A stretch of 64,000 nt of DNA, from contig NW_026860350.1 of assembly GCF_026571515.1 (NCBI RefSeq), positions 124,001 to 188,000 of the forward strand. The letters run 5' to 3'. The notes under the pieces are model-generated. The model saw nothing but the letters and a program-made list of their open reading frames with translations. It searched no databases and was not told the DNA's origin. Shown here one piece after another: positions 50,270 to 64,000 of this stretch. The DNA comes from Ruditapes philippinarum (lineage: Eukaryota). Numbering within the stretch: position 1 is the stretch's first letter; every line of letters starts with the position of its first letter. Made by a program: the position numbers and the translations under genes.

Positions 50270-53200
50270 ATGGATACTTTTAATAGTTTAAAAATAGCAA
50301 CATGGAATGCAACTGGTGTAATGTCCAGTGCAAGCTACTTAGCAGACTTTCTGGTAAATAATAAAATAGACATTTGTGGAATATCTGAACATTGGTTATT
50401 TAGACGGGATTTACATTTTTTAGAAAGTATTAACTCTGAATATATAAGTTACGCTATATCTCACCCCGATCTAGATATTTGTTCAACGAGAAAAGTAGGT
50501 AAAGGAGGGCTTGCTCTCTTATGGCATAAACGTTTGAATCCAGCTATAACGAAACTTGAACTGAACTGTGAAAACTTCATTGGTGTTCAAGTTATGACGT
50601 CTCCTGGATGTTATATATTTATAGTGCAAGTGTACTTTCCATGTAAAAATCACACAATACGCTTGTATAAGCAATACATTGAAGATTTAGAAAATATTAT
50701 ATGTGCATATCAAAATAAAGGTACATTATTTATAATTGGCGACTACAATGCTGAACTTGAATCCAGTCGCATTTCAACTTCTATCCATATTGATTCTCGA
50801 AGCAAACTGTTATCAAATCTCATGGCAAAATTTGATCTGAAATCATTAAACACTCTTCCTATATGTAAAGGATCAAAGTTCAGCAATGTACCGTACAATA
50901 GTGATAGACAGACACTCATTGATCATATAATTGTACAGGATACTTGTGTACAAAATGTAATTAATTGTCAAATTTTAGATGACGATGCTCTTAGTGTTTC
51001 TACACACCGGCCTATTGTATGTTGTTATCATGTACATGTAGCGAAAGAAATTTTCAGAAAAAGTACACAAAATATAATTAACTGGCGAAATGTTAAACAG
51101 GAAGATTTATGTGCTTATAGATCATTCTTAGACAATAGTGACGTTCTAAAATGCGCTTTAAGTCTCGAGATTAGTGAAACTTCAGTTATTGACGAATTAT
51201 ACTCGGCTATCGTTCTTATTGTCAACCTAGCGACAGACTTATACATCCCAAAAGTTCGCTTTAAGCCTTACATTAAACCATATTGGAACGAAACGCTGAC
51301 AACACTACATAATGAAATGAAGAAAAAAAGACAATCATGGTCAAGTGAAAATCAATTGAAAGGCACGCCCACCCACGAAAACTACAAAGCTGCGAAACGA
51401 GCATTTAGGAGTTTTCACAGAGATACGGTTTTTCGTTATCTACAGAATCAAGAGGAGGATATAGACTCCGCTGCTGAATACGATAACAATGAATTTTGGA
51501 AATTAATTAATAAGCGACGAAATAAGAAACCATTCACTGCCGGGTCTGAAATGAACTTTAATGGCTGTGTCTTGAATGACCCGAAAGAAATTAATTCCGC
51601 TTGGAAGCATTATTTTAGTGAGCTTTACTCACCAAATGAAGAAGCATCATTCAACCCGGACTATAGGATTAAAATTGTGAATGACTTTCAAGCATTAAAA
51701 GAGGCATTACCACAGCGGAAAGGAAAACACCATATAATTGACGAAGAAATGCTTTTGAAAGCACTTAAATCATGTAAAAATGGTAAGGCGTGTGGAAATG
51801 ACAAAATTTATTATGAAAACATTACTCACGGTGGGTCCTTACTTCAATGTGTATTATTAAAGTTATTCAATGGAATGTTAAACTTATCCCACACCCGACC
51901 GATTTAAAAAGGGGATTATTTCAACACTTTTCAAGGGAGGCAATAAAAAGAAAACTGATCCTAACAGTTACCGAGCAATATCTTTGTGTTCTTGTGTGCT
52001 TAAACTTTATGAAAAAGTCCTCATGCAGTTAATTGAAGATGACGGGAAATTAGAGTTTAACTCATCACAGGGAGGTTTTCAAAAAAATGTGAACTGCCTG
52101 ATGACAACGTATATGTTACGTGAATGTATCAACTACGCAAAAGAAAATAATTCCCCGGTATATACGTGTTTCCTAGACGCCAAGCAAGCGTTCGACAGAA
52201 CATGGACATCTCTTCTATTAATCAAATTATACAATACCGGAATTGACATTACAATATTCAAGGCAATATTATCATTCTTCACAGAATGCTTTAGCTGTGT
52301 TAAATCACAAGGCTATACATCGGACTGGTTCCCGATTCTGCAAGGTACCAGACAAGGGCAGTGCCTAAGTCCTTACCTATATATCGTATTCATTAATCAG
52401 CTGATGAATGAAATAGAAAATAATGAATATTGCTTCAAACTTCATGATATACGATGTGGTTGTCCAACGTCGGCGGATGATATGGTGCTTATATCACATG
52501 TTAAACACGGTCTTGACAACCTTCTTGACATATGTTATGCAAATGCTCAAAACGAACGAATTTTGTACACTCGTATAAAGTATAAAGTCGTTGTTTTCAA
52601 TGACAAATCTAATGTTCCTCGTAAATAGAAATTTGGAAGCAGAGAAATCGAAGAAACTGACAGTTATTTGCACCTGGGAGTGATTTGTAATAAGTCTCAT
52701 TATCTTTATCAGAAATTGTAAAGGAAAGTTGTACTATACTCCGCAAAACATTTTAAAGCTGTGCGGTTTGTGGAATACAAAAACATGGGTTTAACCCGCT
52801 CACGTCTAAGAAAATATATGAATCAGTAGAGTTACCGCGAGCGCTTTATGGGAGTGAACTGTGGAATAAAATTACAGACGCACAGATAGCTCCCCTTGAA
52901 CGAGCTCACCGTCAATACAAAAAGCATATACCAAGCGTTCCGACAAATTCAAGTTAAGCAGCCTAGGCATATTTCCGATAAGCGTCATCAATGACAAAAG
53001 GAAACTCCTCTTCTTCGGTTTACTGTGTCGTTTGAATACAAAATTCAAAATTAAACAAGTATTTTCAAATAGACTTACGTCGTACATGCTGGAACCGAGA
53101 AAAGTGTCTGGATTTATCCCAGATTTATACAAAATATTAGGTCGGTATGGACTAACTTCGTTCTTACGAATTTACATGAACACTGGAACTATACAATCCT

Positions 53201-53694
53201 CATACGCATGGAAAAACACGATCAAATCAGCCATTCACAAAACTGTTGAATTCGAATGGCGCAATAGAATATTATGCGATGCCAGTCTATCTAGTTTCTC
53301 CCGCTTGCACTCAAAGTATGAACCTTGTATGTTATGGAGATTCAGTCGCCAGTATAAAACATATCAGATTCAATGTGTCTATGCATTCAGACTTCTTTCA
53401 AAATTTTTCTCAAGAAGCTATGAAGTAACGTGTGATAAATGTGAATTACCCACTGACTATATTGTGTTACATCTTATTTTCTTCTGTGAGAAAATGGAGA
53501 GTATCAGATCTACATTATGGTCTAACCTGTCACATATGTTAGGCATACAACAATTCGAAATCTTTTGTTCCTTTTCACCAGAATCACAACTTTTAGAAAT
53601 GTTCAGTGGTTTTGATTCTTTTGACATGAACGATAGCCTGAGAGTATCATGTTTTAAGGTGTTCCTAGCAAGTGTCTATAACATGACTACCTAA
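50270..53694 (+). pseudogene. LINE ORF2 (AP endonuclease, reverse transcriptase, C-terminal Cys/His motif) with frameshifts and stops
   Basis: TWNATG, SEHW, GDYNA, IDHI, STHRP (APE); LDAKQAFD, GTRQGQCLSP, SADD (RT); CDKC...HLIFFC. Split over ORFs 50270-51907, 51984-52628 and 53032-53694. Confidence 0.95.
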
Positions 53695-55545
53695 GCAATG
53701 TATAAACTGTGATATAAGCAGATGGCGAATAACTTCATTGCATTAAGTTATATTGAGTTATGAACGTGTACATAAAGATTTAATACTGAATGTTATATAT
53801 GTTCAATTATTTATGTTTGATTTATGAATTTTCTTATTATAAATGTACATTTTTGTGATATCATTACTCTTTGTTCACAACACAACTTACACGCCTTAAT
53901 GTTTAGTTTTCGGTTTAAGGTTAACGTATGTAAGTGTTGTTTTCATTAAGAATCCCTTTTTATCTTTTTTTTTTCCACTATCGCTCAATTTAAATCATAG
54001 ACAATGTAGATTTTAGATAGTCAATAATTGATAGTTTGCGTAAGTGTCCTTATTCATATATAAAATAACAACAACTGGCCTAGCTTAAACACATCTTAAT
54101 TGCCTTGATAATTTCGTTTCGGTTAAGGCTAATTACTTAATGTGTTTTTGGCAATCATTTAAATATTATAAAATTTGTTTTTTGTTGTTTTTTTTTTTTT
54201 CTCAATAATTATTCATCGTCTTTCCTCAAAATTAAAATTATTGTAACTTTAAACTTTACTTAATTGAATTGAATTTTACCTCTGCCTTCACCTAAGTAAT
54301 TTTGTTACACTAAACAAGCTCAGGTCTGATGCTCTTGATATATACATATGAACCTGATATCTATGCAACTAAGTAGCTTATTCCCTTTATATATATATAT
54401 TTATTCATTCAATTAACATTTGTTGATAGATATCACAGATTAATTGCATTATTTTTCTTTTAGTATGTTTGTACATATTATAATTATGCCTTTTCTTTAC
54501 TAATTTATATAATTCTAAAACAATCTTGTATTTATATCTACTGTATATATGATCTTTTGTACTATCTGTAATATGTATAATGTAAATGCTCTTCAGTAAT
54601 GGAGGAAATAAAGATAATAATAATAAACTAGCATGTATGAAGAGTAGGAAAAACAAAAAATGCACCTTATGCGATTGATTGTTAATGATGGATATTTGTT
54701 CAAGTGTTACTGCAGATGATGGCATGTTTGCAAGCTTTTAAGAGATAAAATGAAGGAATCCTCTATTGAAGTTATAAGATCTCTGACAATATTTGTATTT
54801 GTGTAAGATGTCAATGCTCTAGAAATGTTCAATACACGACATTGACGAGAAGTTTAATATATCAGTCACGTTAGTGATATGTTTACATGTCAGATAGATA
54901 TTAATTTTAATCTTGCCTTTAAGGTAATTATTTTCCATGTTTGTCAAGATAGTTTGAATTGACCAATGAACACCATTTGCAAACTATATTCTATAACCAG
55001 CCAATGCCATAGATAAATGGCAGGATTATTAAAAAAAAACGATTTTGAAAAAAAGATAGCCATATCTGAAAATGATGCATGAATGACAATATGAATATGT
55101 GCAACTGATACAACCAATAATTTATGATTCGAGGAAATTATAAGTTGTATGGGAGATAAATAGTCGTTTGAGAAGAAAATTGTATTTGAACGAGTCGCCT
55201 CTCTTCTGATGTTGCAAATGCATTTCAACCAACAAGTAAGCCACCTGTGAATCGCATTCACATAACAACACATTAAAGAATATAAGATAATTTGAAAACG
55301 TAGAGACGTCAATCCAGTATTGCCAGTTGCAACAACGCCGTATGAAATAGAACTGACGAACCACATTTTATATCGACGTTGATTATCTTGTAAATCTAGT
55401 ATTAAGTTTTACGAATAATGGGAAAAGTAGCCGTCACACACAAAAATTTGCTTGTATATCTAATTTGAATAAATGTATACCACCTTTTGGCGACTTTACG
55501 CATGCCGGCGAGTTGACTGGTTAAAAGAAAAAATCATCAAGTCTT

Positions 55546-55914
55546 GTATATAGAGGATATTGAATGAGTGTAAGTTCAATACTGAATTTATTGCACGAGT
55601 TGAATAAAATTATATTATGCGAGCCTCTGCCGAGCATAATACATGTATTATTTTATTCAACAAGTGCAATAAATTCAGTAATGAACTTACACGAATCTAA
55701 TATTCTATTTATCACATAGATCTACCCAAAATAAAAACCGTTTAATGTGAAATAAGAGTCATTTTTCAGTATAACGCTAACATTTACGCGTCTTTACACT
55801 AAATTTGTATAACGCTAATGACGTCACGTCAATATACATTTTTGTACATTATATACACGGCCGTGCAATACCATTTTTACGGAGTCGCAAAATCGGCACG
55901 GGTGTGTGATAAAA
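55546..55914 (+). mobile_element. Dispersed ~370-bp non-autonomous element, copy 2
   Basis: Same ends (gtatatagaggatattgaatg ... gtgtgtgataaaa) as 3477-3832. Confidence 0.85.
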
Positions 55915-58338
55915 AGTTATAAAGTACATCATCTACAGCTGAAAAAGTGCATAACAATAAAAAATCATCAAGAAAAATGTACATTTACTGTACATTGTAT
56001 ATTGGTATGTGAAGATAATAAATATAATTTTAACACCGAATGGCAAGAGCTTTTCAAATTTGGATACACGTACAGGTTCAATTTTATGTTGAACATAATC
56101 TATACTTGCCGAACAATTATTGTGATTAAAATAGCTTTTCGCAATGTTAATAAACGCATTTGATCGTGAAGATAAATGGAGATAAGAAAAGTTGAAAGCG
56201 TCTAAGAACTCCTGCACGTGAAGTTTAATCTCCAATATACTATTAATAAAACAAGATTATTCAAGATAAATGGTCTTTTTTTTTTCCACTTCATTTTGTT
56301 TGGAAGAAAACAAAGAAACAATTCAAAGGTTTTCTTCCAGCTGTAATTTATTTTAAAAAATTAAAGTAATTTATTCTGGTTGTTGATATTCTGAATAATG
56401 ATCGCACATTCTATGTAGGGTTAAATATCTTTAAGTGCATGCATTTATTTTACTACAATATTATAAAAAGGAGGATTAAAAGGCAACATTGAAAGAAAGT
56501 AGTTCCCGTCCTCAAAAGACAAATATTACTTTGTTCAATGACAGCAAGGCACGCAGTAAACAAGCTTAAAACAAAATACGTGAGTCACGTGCATAGTTGA
56601 CCAATAATAACACTGACTTTTAAATCTGAAATAGTTGGTGTCCATCGCTTAATTAACACTAAGAATAACAGGTCACGAGTGTGCGTCACAGAAACGGGAA
56701 TCCATTCTTGCAAGATAGTAATATCCATTAAAAAATGGAAATAAAGGTGTTTATAAATGATACACGCCATAATGCTGAACATTTAACTTAACTGCCAAGA
56801 TTCATTTTCTTGTTTCCATAAAATCTAAATAATGTTGTTTTATAATGGGACCATTGACCACATAACCAAATAAAGAAATGGAAATCTTACAGAAAATGTT
56901 TTAATTAAGAGTTGAAGCAAGAATGTTTTCATTTTAATTCAATAATTTAGGTAATAACATTAAATTAGTAACATCGTTTTATTTCTACATCAATTCTCCA
57001 AGAACATAAAAAAGAATTGTCTCAACAAACAGTTGATTCTCTAGTGTAAACGTAGGAGTCACTTATTTGAAATTTATCTTCATGTTGCTTAAATAGTTTC
57101 AACATTATATTTATCAATGTCATAACTGTTACAAAGACCAATGTGTAAAGTCAAATGAATATAAATTATGGTAAAAAAATAATTGACAACAAAATGAACA
57201 TAGATATATCATGATTCTATGATTCAATTAACAACATAGTTAAATATCAAGCATTTTGCTTTATTATATTCATTTACAGTAGATAAATCTTAGAGAAGAT
57301 TGCTATTTCTAATTTTATATAGAATTAATGATATAAACCAAGATATGATGTTTATGGTTCTGTAAGAAATACCATGATATTGATATCATGTCATCATTCG
57401 GACGATATCATTAGTTAACAATGTTTCATATAATTATGCATAGATTTATAGCTGTCTTCAGATTACAATAGTTACATCTAATCGTTAATCCACCAATGTA
57501 TGTCGAGGAAGGGAGTATTTACTTACAATAAATCTGTCAAGGGAGTCCATACAACATATTTTTATTTGTTTAAATTGTCCTTTTTATTATCGTGGGATTT
57601 TATTATGATGATATTTACTTATTTATTAATAGGGTTTGTCCAACTTGCCAGAAATCAAGTTTAAGGGGACCATACGCCACTTTCATGGAATGGCACGGAA
57701 GTGCCACATTAACCGCCGTATGACACATCGGCGGATGTTTCCAAATTCAAAATTTTACCATTTCATGTTTAAATGTTGAAGTCTGCTTTACATTTTTATC
57801 TTGTGTATTATTATAGACGTTGAAATATGACTTTTTTTCAAAACGGCTTATATTAAGTTTTTTATATATATAAATGATCAGTACATGTGCTGGGATTGAC
57901 AAATATACATTTTATTTGGATTTTAAAAGCGTTTTAAGCTCCACACCACAAGTGTCTGTGTAAAACATTTAATCGTTATAAAACTGACGAAGAAAAAGTT
58001 AATATTTCTGAGTAATAACGTGCCTTTAATATTTAACTTCTAAACTTTTGGGGCAGTATTCATTCCACCTTTTCTTTACACCATTACTTTTATCTTATCA
58101 ACATTTACTGTTAGTTTCTGCTTTAGCTAAACGGGGACATGCTCTCATTATGTCTAACATATCTTTGATACAAACTCTGTAAACTTTAAAAATATCAGTC
58201 ACTCTGAAATCACAATACAACGAAATCGAAAGCCTTTTAGAAATAAAAAAGCAACATATAGCTTTTTCTTTTACTTAATTGATTTTAAGCAAGGTGAAAT
58301 AAGAGCATTTAACATAAAAACATAATCATCTCTTCCCA

Positions 58339-58369
<31 letters not shown>

Positions 58370-58371
58370 AA
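58339..58371. repeat. (AAAT)n microsatellite
   Basis: About 8 copies. Confidence 0.9.
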
Positions 58372-58847
58372 CGCCCTGAGCTGGCCACTATATAAACAGT
58401 ATAAGATTCAGCCCAATTCTGTTATTAACTGTACACAATTTACCAAGTAAATTAAAATTAATAATGCATCACCTTTATAGTATCATTGATTGATCAACAT
58501 CATCATCTTAATGTTTTGGTACTATATAACCTTCACTTCCAATCAGATAAAGCTTTATTTGTATGTTTTTTCAGAGTCGTTATTACACAGTTCATTTCAG
58601 CAATTTCCAGTATAACCTTCATATTCTTACTTTAACAAAAGTTAGCATTGCTTTCAATTCAAGATGAATATTTTCTACTTTTTATATTTTTTCTTAAAAT
58701 ATTTGTTTTCCTGGGGGATTTTTTTTAAATTTTCACCAGATTCAATATATTTAAATTTGTTTTTGATTGACTAAGAAGTCGATCTAACAGTAATGTTAAA
58801 CAATGGTGTATTTTTTTGTTTTAAAAATATTTTTTACCGACACATCC

Positions 58848-61800
58848 AAGTTTCAAGTTTTATTGATACACTCAGCATATTTACATATGATTAGAGGTGT
58901 ACAATAATATATAAACAGAATTACTAAATGTGTAATCAGGTTGTGTATACAAATTAAATGAACTACTGTAGTTTTAAAAAAGTATTTATAACTACAATAT
59001 TTCATAACATACAATGTAACTTACTATGTCATTGTGTACATGCTAAATTTTGCAAAATAGAAAATATTTATAGATTATAAATAAATAAATAAAAAAAAAA
59101 AAAAAAAAAAAAAAAAAACAACAACAAAACAATGTGACTAGCCAGGTGGGTTCTTAAAGTATTCAAGTATAACATAAACATATTTAACTAAGTTGCTTAA
59201 TTTTTGTGGATCTGTTTCATTCATTAATTTTCTAAACGTAAATTATTTTTAAAATAACTACATGAAAAAATGTAATGGAATTCATCACCTATATCATTTG
59301 AGTTACAAAGACTACATTTTCTTTCATTTCTAACAATACCTAACCACCTTCCTCTTTCTATAGGGAGGAGATTGTTACACAACCGAAAATTAACAAATGT
59401 TTTTAAATATTTGTCTGCCAGTAAACAAAGGTACGGTTCAAAGCAATGATCAGTTTTGTACATTCTATAATTTAAACATTTTGGCATTGAGTCGACATCA
59501 CTACGCCATTTTTGTACATATTGGTTACACATTGATATATCAATGGTTTTTAACAATAAGCATTTAGAACCACCCAATTTCTGATTTAACCAAATATAAC
59601 TCATACCTGTTTCGTCAAAAATACTCTTAACATTTAATAACCATTTGTACTCCTTACCATTTCTTACAAAATCTTCATATACAAGCTTATAAATATTTGA
59701 CGATAATTTTTGTATTGAATTACTGTTAACTAAATAATACCAATAACCAGCAATTCGTTTCTTAATAGTAATTGATAATGGAAATCGCCCAAGTTCGCCA
59801 TAAACCATAACATGCGGTGTACTTTTCTTAACACGTAATACATATTTTAGGAAATCTGTATGCACTTTTTCTATAAGCGACAAGTCACCATAACCCCAAA
59901 CTTCACACCCATAAGTTAAAATCGGTACAATTGTATGATCGAATAACTTTAACTGACAATCAATAGGTAAATCTAGATTTCTTATTTTCTTATATAAACC
60001 AAACATTGCCCGTCTTGCTTGATCAACAATATGTTTCTTTGCAACCGCAAATTGTCTGTTCTTAGAAAAAACTACATCAAGATATTTAAACGTGTCTACG
60101 ATCTCTAAAACGTGATTATCTACCGTAATAATCCTGTTTCTATTTCTTTTATCATCAAATACCATTACTTTTGTTTTATCAAAGTTTATATTTAATTTCC
60201 AGGTTTGACAATAATTAGAAAAGGTGTTCAACACAGATATAAGGTCTTGTTCTGTTTTAGCAAAAAGAATGGTATCGTCAGCATATAACAAAACAACTAG
60301 TTTCAAAAATGTTTCAATGTTATTATCTTCTAGTATAATTGAAACATCGTTATTACATAACGTGTAATTTTCTAAGTCATTTAGGTGCAGAGAAAAAATT
60401 ACCGGTGACAAATTTTCTCCTTGTCTTAAGCCCCTATAACAACCAAAAAAAATTGAAAATTTTCCGTTTACAGATACACATGACTTGATTTCACTGTACA
60501 TATTCTTTATTACTTTTAAAATCTTTCCAGAAATATTATATTTGACAAGTTTACACCAAACGCCTGCTCTCCATACAGAGTCAAAGGCTTTTTGAAAGTC
60601 AATAAAAGCACAAAAAGTTTTGCTTTCTTATGTTTAAGGTAATCTGTTAACATGTGGAGAATAAAAATATTATCAACAGTTGAATCCAGCTTGGTTTGAA
60701 TTTAGTAAATTATAACTCTCTAAATATTTTGTCAATATTTCATTTAGTATACTTGTAAATAATTTCCCTAAACAACTACGCAATGTAATAGGTCTATAGT
60801 TTTCAGGCATTTCAATATTACCTTTATTTTTATAGATTGGTACAATACATCCTGTCAACCAAGAATCTGGCAAAAAAAAAAAGTGTTTAGAATACAGTTA
60901 AACAATTTGTGATATAGTGGTATAAGTAAAGTACTGCTTCCCTTAATATATTCGTTAGTAACTTGATCCATACCAGCCGCCTTACCATTCTTATGTTTAT
61001 CTATTGCTCTTTGTATCTCAGAGATTGTTATGCTATCATTAAGCCCATTATCAAAATTAATATTTGGAAAATCTGTTTCTGGGTTGTCATTTGCATCTAC
61101 AGTATCTGTATTAAGCTGTCTATAAAAATCATAAAATGCTGAAACATCAACATCAGTCATTTGTTTTTTCTTACTTATACTATTAACATAATTCCAATAT
61201 TCTTTAGGCGATGAGTTTTTCATGTTTCGTATTTTCTTTCTCTGTTCCCTTTTAAAATTGGCAATACTTTTTCTCAAAATATACTTATAATTTTTACTAG
61301 AATTATATAAATCAGACATGTTACGTTCATTTTTGAAAATCTAATGAAACAGTGATTTTAAACGGAAGGTCGTTTACAGATAAAAATATAGGTAGTTTTA
61401 CTTGACAGTCAAGTAAAACTACCTATATTTTTATCTGTAAACGACCTTCCGTTTAAAATCACTGTTTCATTAGATTTACAAAAATCTACAAGATCTCTTC
61501 CCAAACGATTAGCAACTTTATCCATTGAAATACGTGCTACAGAAAAATATTTTTTCTCAACTCGTTTAAAATATCTACATCAAATATACTGTTATATTCA
61601 ATGTCTATAATATCAAAAAAAATTTCATCAACTTGCAATATATCATCAACATTACCAGTTCTAGCATTGAAGTCACCAAATGTAACTATATGTCTATAAT
61701 TGGTACAGAAATTTTCATACTCTGTGTAACACAAGTCATATATATTTTGTTGAAATATTTAGTATTTTCTGGTGGGATGTAAACAGAGCCAAAAATAACA

Positions 61801-61945
61801 TCTTCGTCTGTTTCAAACAAACATTTTGATAATTTAAACCACTGAACATATTCACATTCAGTATCGATCTGGGTAAAGTATTTTCTCAAGAAGTTTTTAA
61901 CAAACATCGCAATGCCTCCAGACTTCCTAGCAACTCTTTGTTTCC
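58848..61945 (-). mobile_element. Decayed, 5'-truncated LINE (APE-RT-CCHC ORF2), internally deleted
   Basis: SVYIPP, GDFNARTG, ILNGR (APE); NYRPIT, GLRQGENLSP, LYADD (RT); CSLC...GDEFHYIFSC. The 3' end reads AATAAA then ACTTGAAACTT on the minus strand; multiple frameshifts. Confidence 0.95.
61337..61477. repeat. Perfect inverted repeat, 70-bp arms, 1-nt spacer at 61407
   Basis: 61337-61406 is the exact reverse complement of 61408-61477. Confidence 0.97.
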
Positions 61946-63688
61946 GATATGTCTGTAATAAAACGAATATGTGTGATTTTTTTATTGTTGTTATATTGTT
62001 ATAACAATAATAATAAAAAATATATTAAAGTTTTTAATGTATGGATATAATATTACATGAATAACATATTTTAGGTCAAATCAATGCGACTAGCACCTTT
62101 GTTGTGAGTGGCAATAATGGCTACATTATTCTTGCTTTTTAACTAAGAGATAAATGTAAATGGTGAACTTTACAGAAGCATTCATATTGATTGAAGAAGT
62201 ATTTCACATTGTGAAACGTTTTGAAATGTGAAGATGAAAGAAGGAAGGAAGAATTTAGATTGTCTCAGAACGTCTGCACGAGAGACATAATCTCTTCATG
62301 AATATTAATGAGGGTTGAACTTGAGGATAATGCAGGACATTTATTTATTGATTATTATTGTACCATTCTTGTTTGTTTCTTAGAAACACGGAATTATGCC
62401 ATTTCAAATTTTTAAACATTTTTATTTTAAAGTCGCACCGAGTACGAATAACTAATAAAAAGTCCAAAAATGAGTGCAAGATAATTATTCAAAAAACCAA
62501 AAACCTAACCCATCCAAAATCCAACGAGGCGAGAGATTATATTTTTTACACACCCTTCGAGTATTATTTTAAATACCCCGACGAGGCGCGAGACTATATT
62601 TATCACTCCAATGAGGCTCGTGCTGACATTAAACACCCCCACCAGACGCGAATTTGCTAAAATTTACAAATAGTTACAACAAATATGAATGATATAATTT
62701 TAGTGATTTCGAATTTATCTATAATGTTCATAATTTGATTTAAATATACTGATTTAAGTTCAAAACTTAAAACGTACACTGATAATTTGAACAACTTTGT
62801 TATCGTGCCATGACAATATGCGTTATATACGCTCGTAGGAAACATCCGAAGTTTCACGAAAAGGACTAAGAAGATGCGATTGATAATGCTCCTGGGCGCC
62901 CGTCCGTTAGCAATTTAAGTGTCCGCTTAGTATCTTTTGAACCATTGTACTTGGCAAACATAATTATCATAAGGAGACGATCTGGAGAATCTAGGTCTGG
63001 GCTTTCTGGGATCAAGGTCATGGCCATTATATATGTATGAATTGACAGTATCATTTTATCAAAATATCAGTTTTTCTCTATAACTTATGTTAACCGATAA
63101 ATCAATTTTTAAATAAAATTTAAATTAGTTGTAGTTGTTTGACTTGCCAACCAATGTACGAATTATGTATTGAATACTCATATTTATAAATAGATAATCA
63201 GAGAATGTAAATGTTATAACATTTGACTAGAATCGCAATTATCAGGGTCAATTAAATACGTTAAAGTATATATTAGGCTTTCCTCTTACAATCTCTGCAC
63301 ATTTCCAGGAATAGTCCTTTTTGATCTATGTGATAAGATATAGATAATGTTTCATCAGTTGATACAATCAGAACACCAAGAATGATAGGCCATCTTTACT
63401 TCTGGTACATAAATATGTGGCAAAACAGCTTATACTTACTGTCCTTCAACCACAACAAACACTACCTTTAGTTTATTTATACCATTTAACAAACACACAC
63501 GTTGACTCTTTTAAACTTACAGTAAAATAAAATAAATATATTTGGTAATGGTCATTTTTTCTCAGAAATATGTCTGCATGTCTGTGAATATATGGAAGGT
63601 TGCTCTTAAGGTTGGACATGTACATCACCTTGTATGACCATACAGAAGGATTTATTGAAAATGACATCTACTAATTGCTTTATTTCAG

Positions 63689-63767
63689 GTGCATGCATGC
63701 ACGCACGCACGCACGCGCGCGTGCATGCATTCATCCATCCATCCATCCATCCATCTATACATACATA
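63689..63767. repeat. Compound (GCAT)(GCAC)(CCAT) microsatellite
   Basis: Directly visible tetranucleotide runs. Confidence 0.85.
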
Positions 63768-64000
63768 AAGGGTAATATACAGGGTTGCATTGTCTGGTTA
63801 ACTTATATTAATAACTTAGAGTAAACAAATTAACCGTGGTTAAACAAATCATTCGTTAACAAGTCAATTTAAAAATTACGTCAGATTTGTCAAGTATTTT
63901 AAGTGAAACTGGAAATAAAATGTTTCAGTCTATCTTTCAAGAAAACAGCAAAATTTATTACTTCAATCTGACATAGTGACACCATTCAGTAACATCGTTT

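Larger units (their letters stand above)
49801..54627 (+). mobile_element. 5'-truncated, decayed LINE (APE-RT type; RTE-X or CR1/L2 group)
   Basis: ORF1 remnant, ORF2 and a long 3' UTR ending aataaagataataataataaa. The 3' boundary is inferred. Confidence 0.9.

Noticed and set aside
57661-58200. TTAA-GGGGACC start suggestive of a Kolobok/piggyBac-like terminus
   Set aside because: No matching opposite terminus was found by eye.

Overview
AT-rich eukaryotic genomic DNA, most likely a bivalve mollusc (inferred from the repeat types and the CpG-depleted gene body). The + strand carries the last six coding exons of SNRNP70 (U1-70K; RRM, RS/RD-rich region and acidic tail; 13554-47832). The three upstream introns are very large (>13.5, 23.3 and 9.1 kb) and the three downstream ones are only 0.3-0.4 kb. 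The large introns hold minisatellites, MITEs, a Helentron-type element and a short LTR-like element. Two features stand out. (1) A dense cluster of consensus 5' splice sites lies behind stop-introducing acceptors in the intron that is autoregulated in vertebrate SNRNP70. (2) A series of minus-strand ATG-to-donor segments all end in phase 0, suggesting an interleaved antisense gene with many alternative first exons whose shared exons lie left of the window. Downstream are two decayed, convergent LINE retrotransposons, one containing a perfect 70-bp-arm fold-back at a deletion. All coordinates were read by hand and no searches were run.
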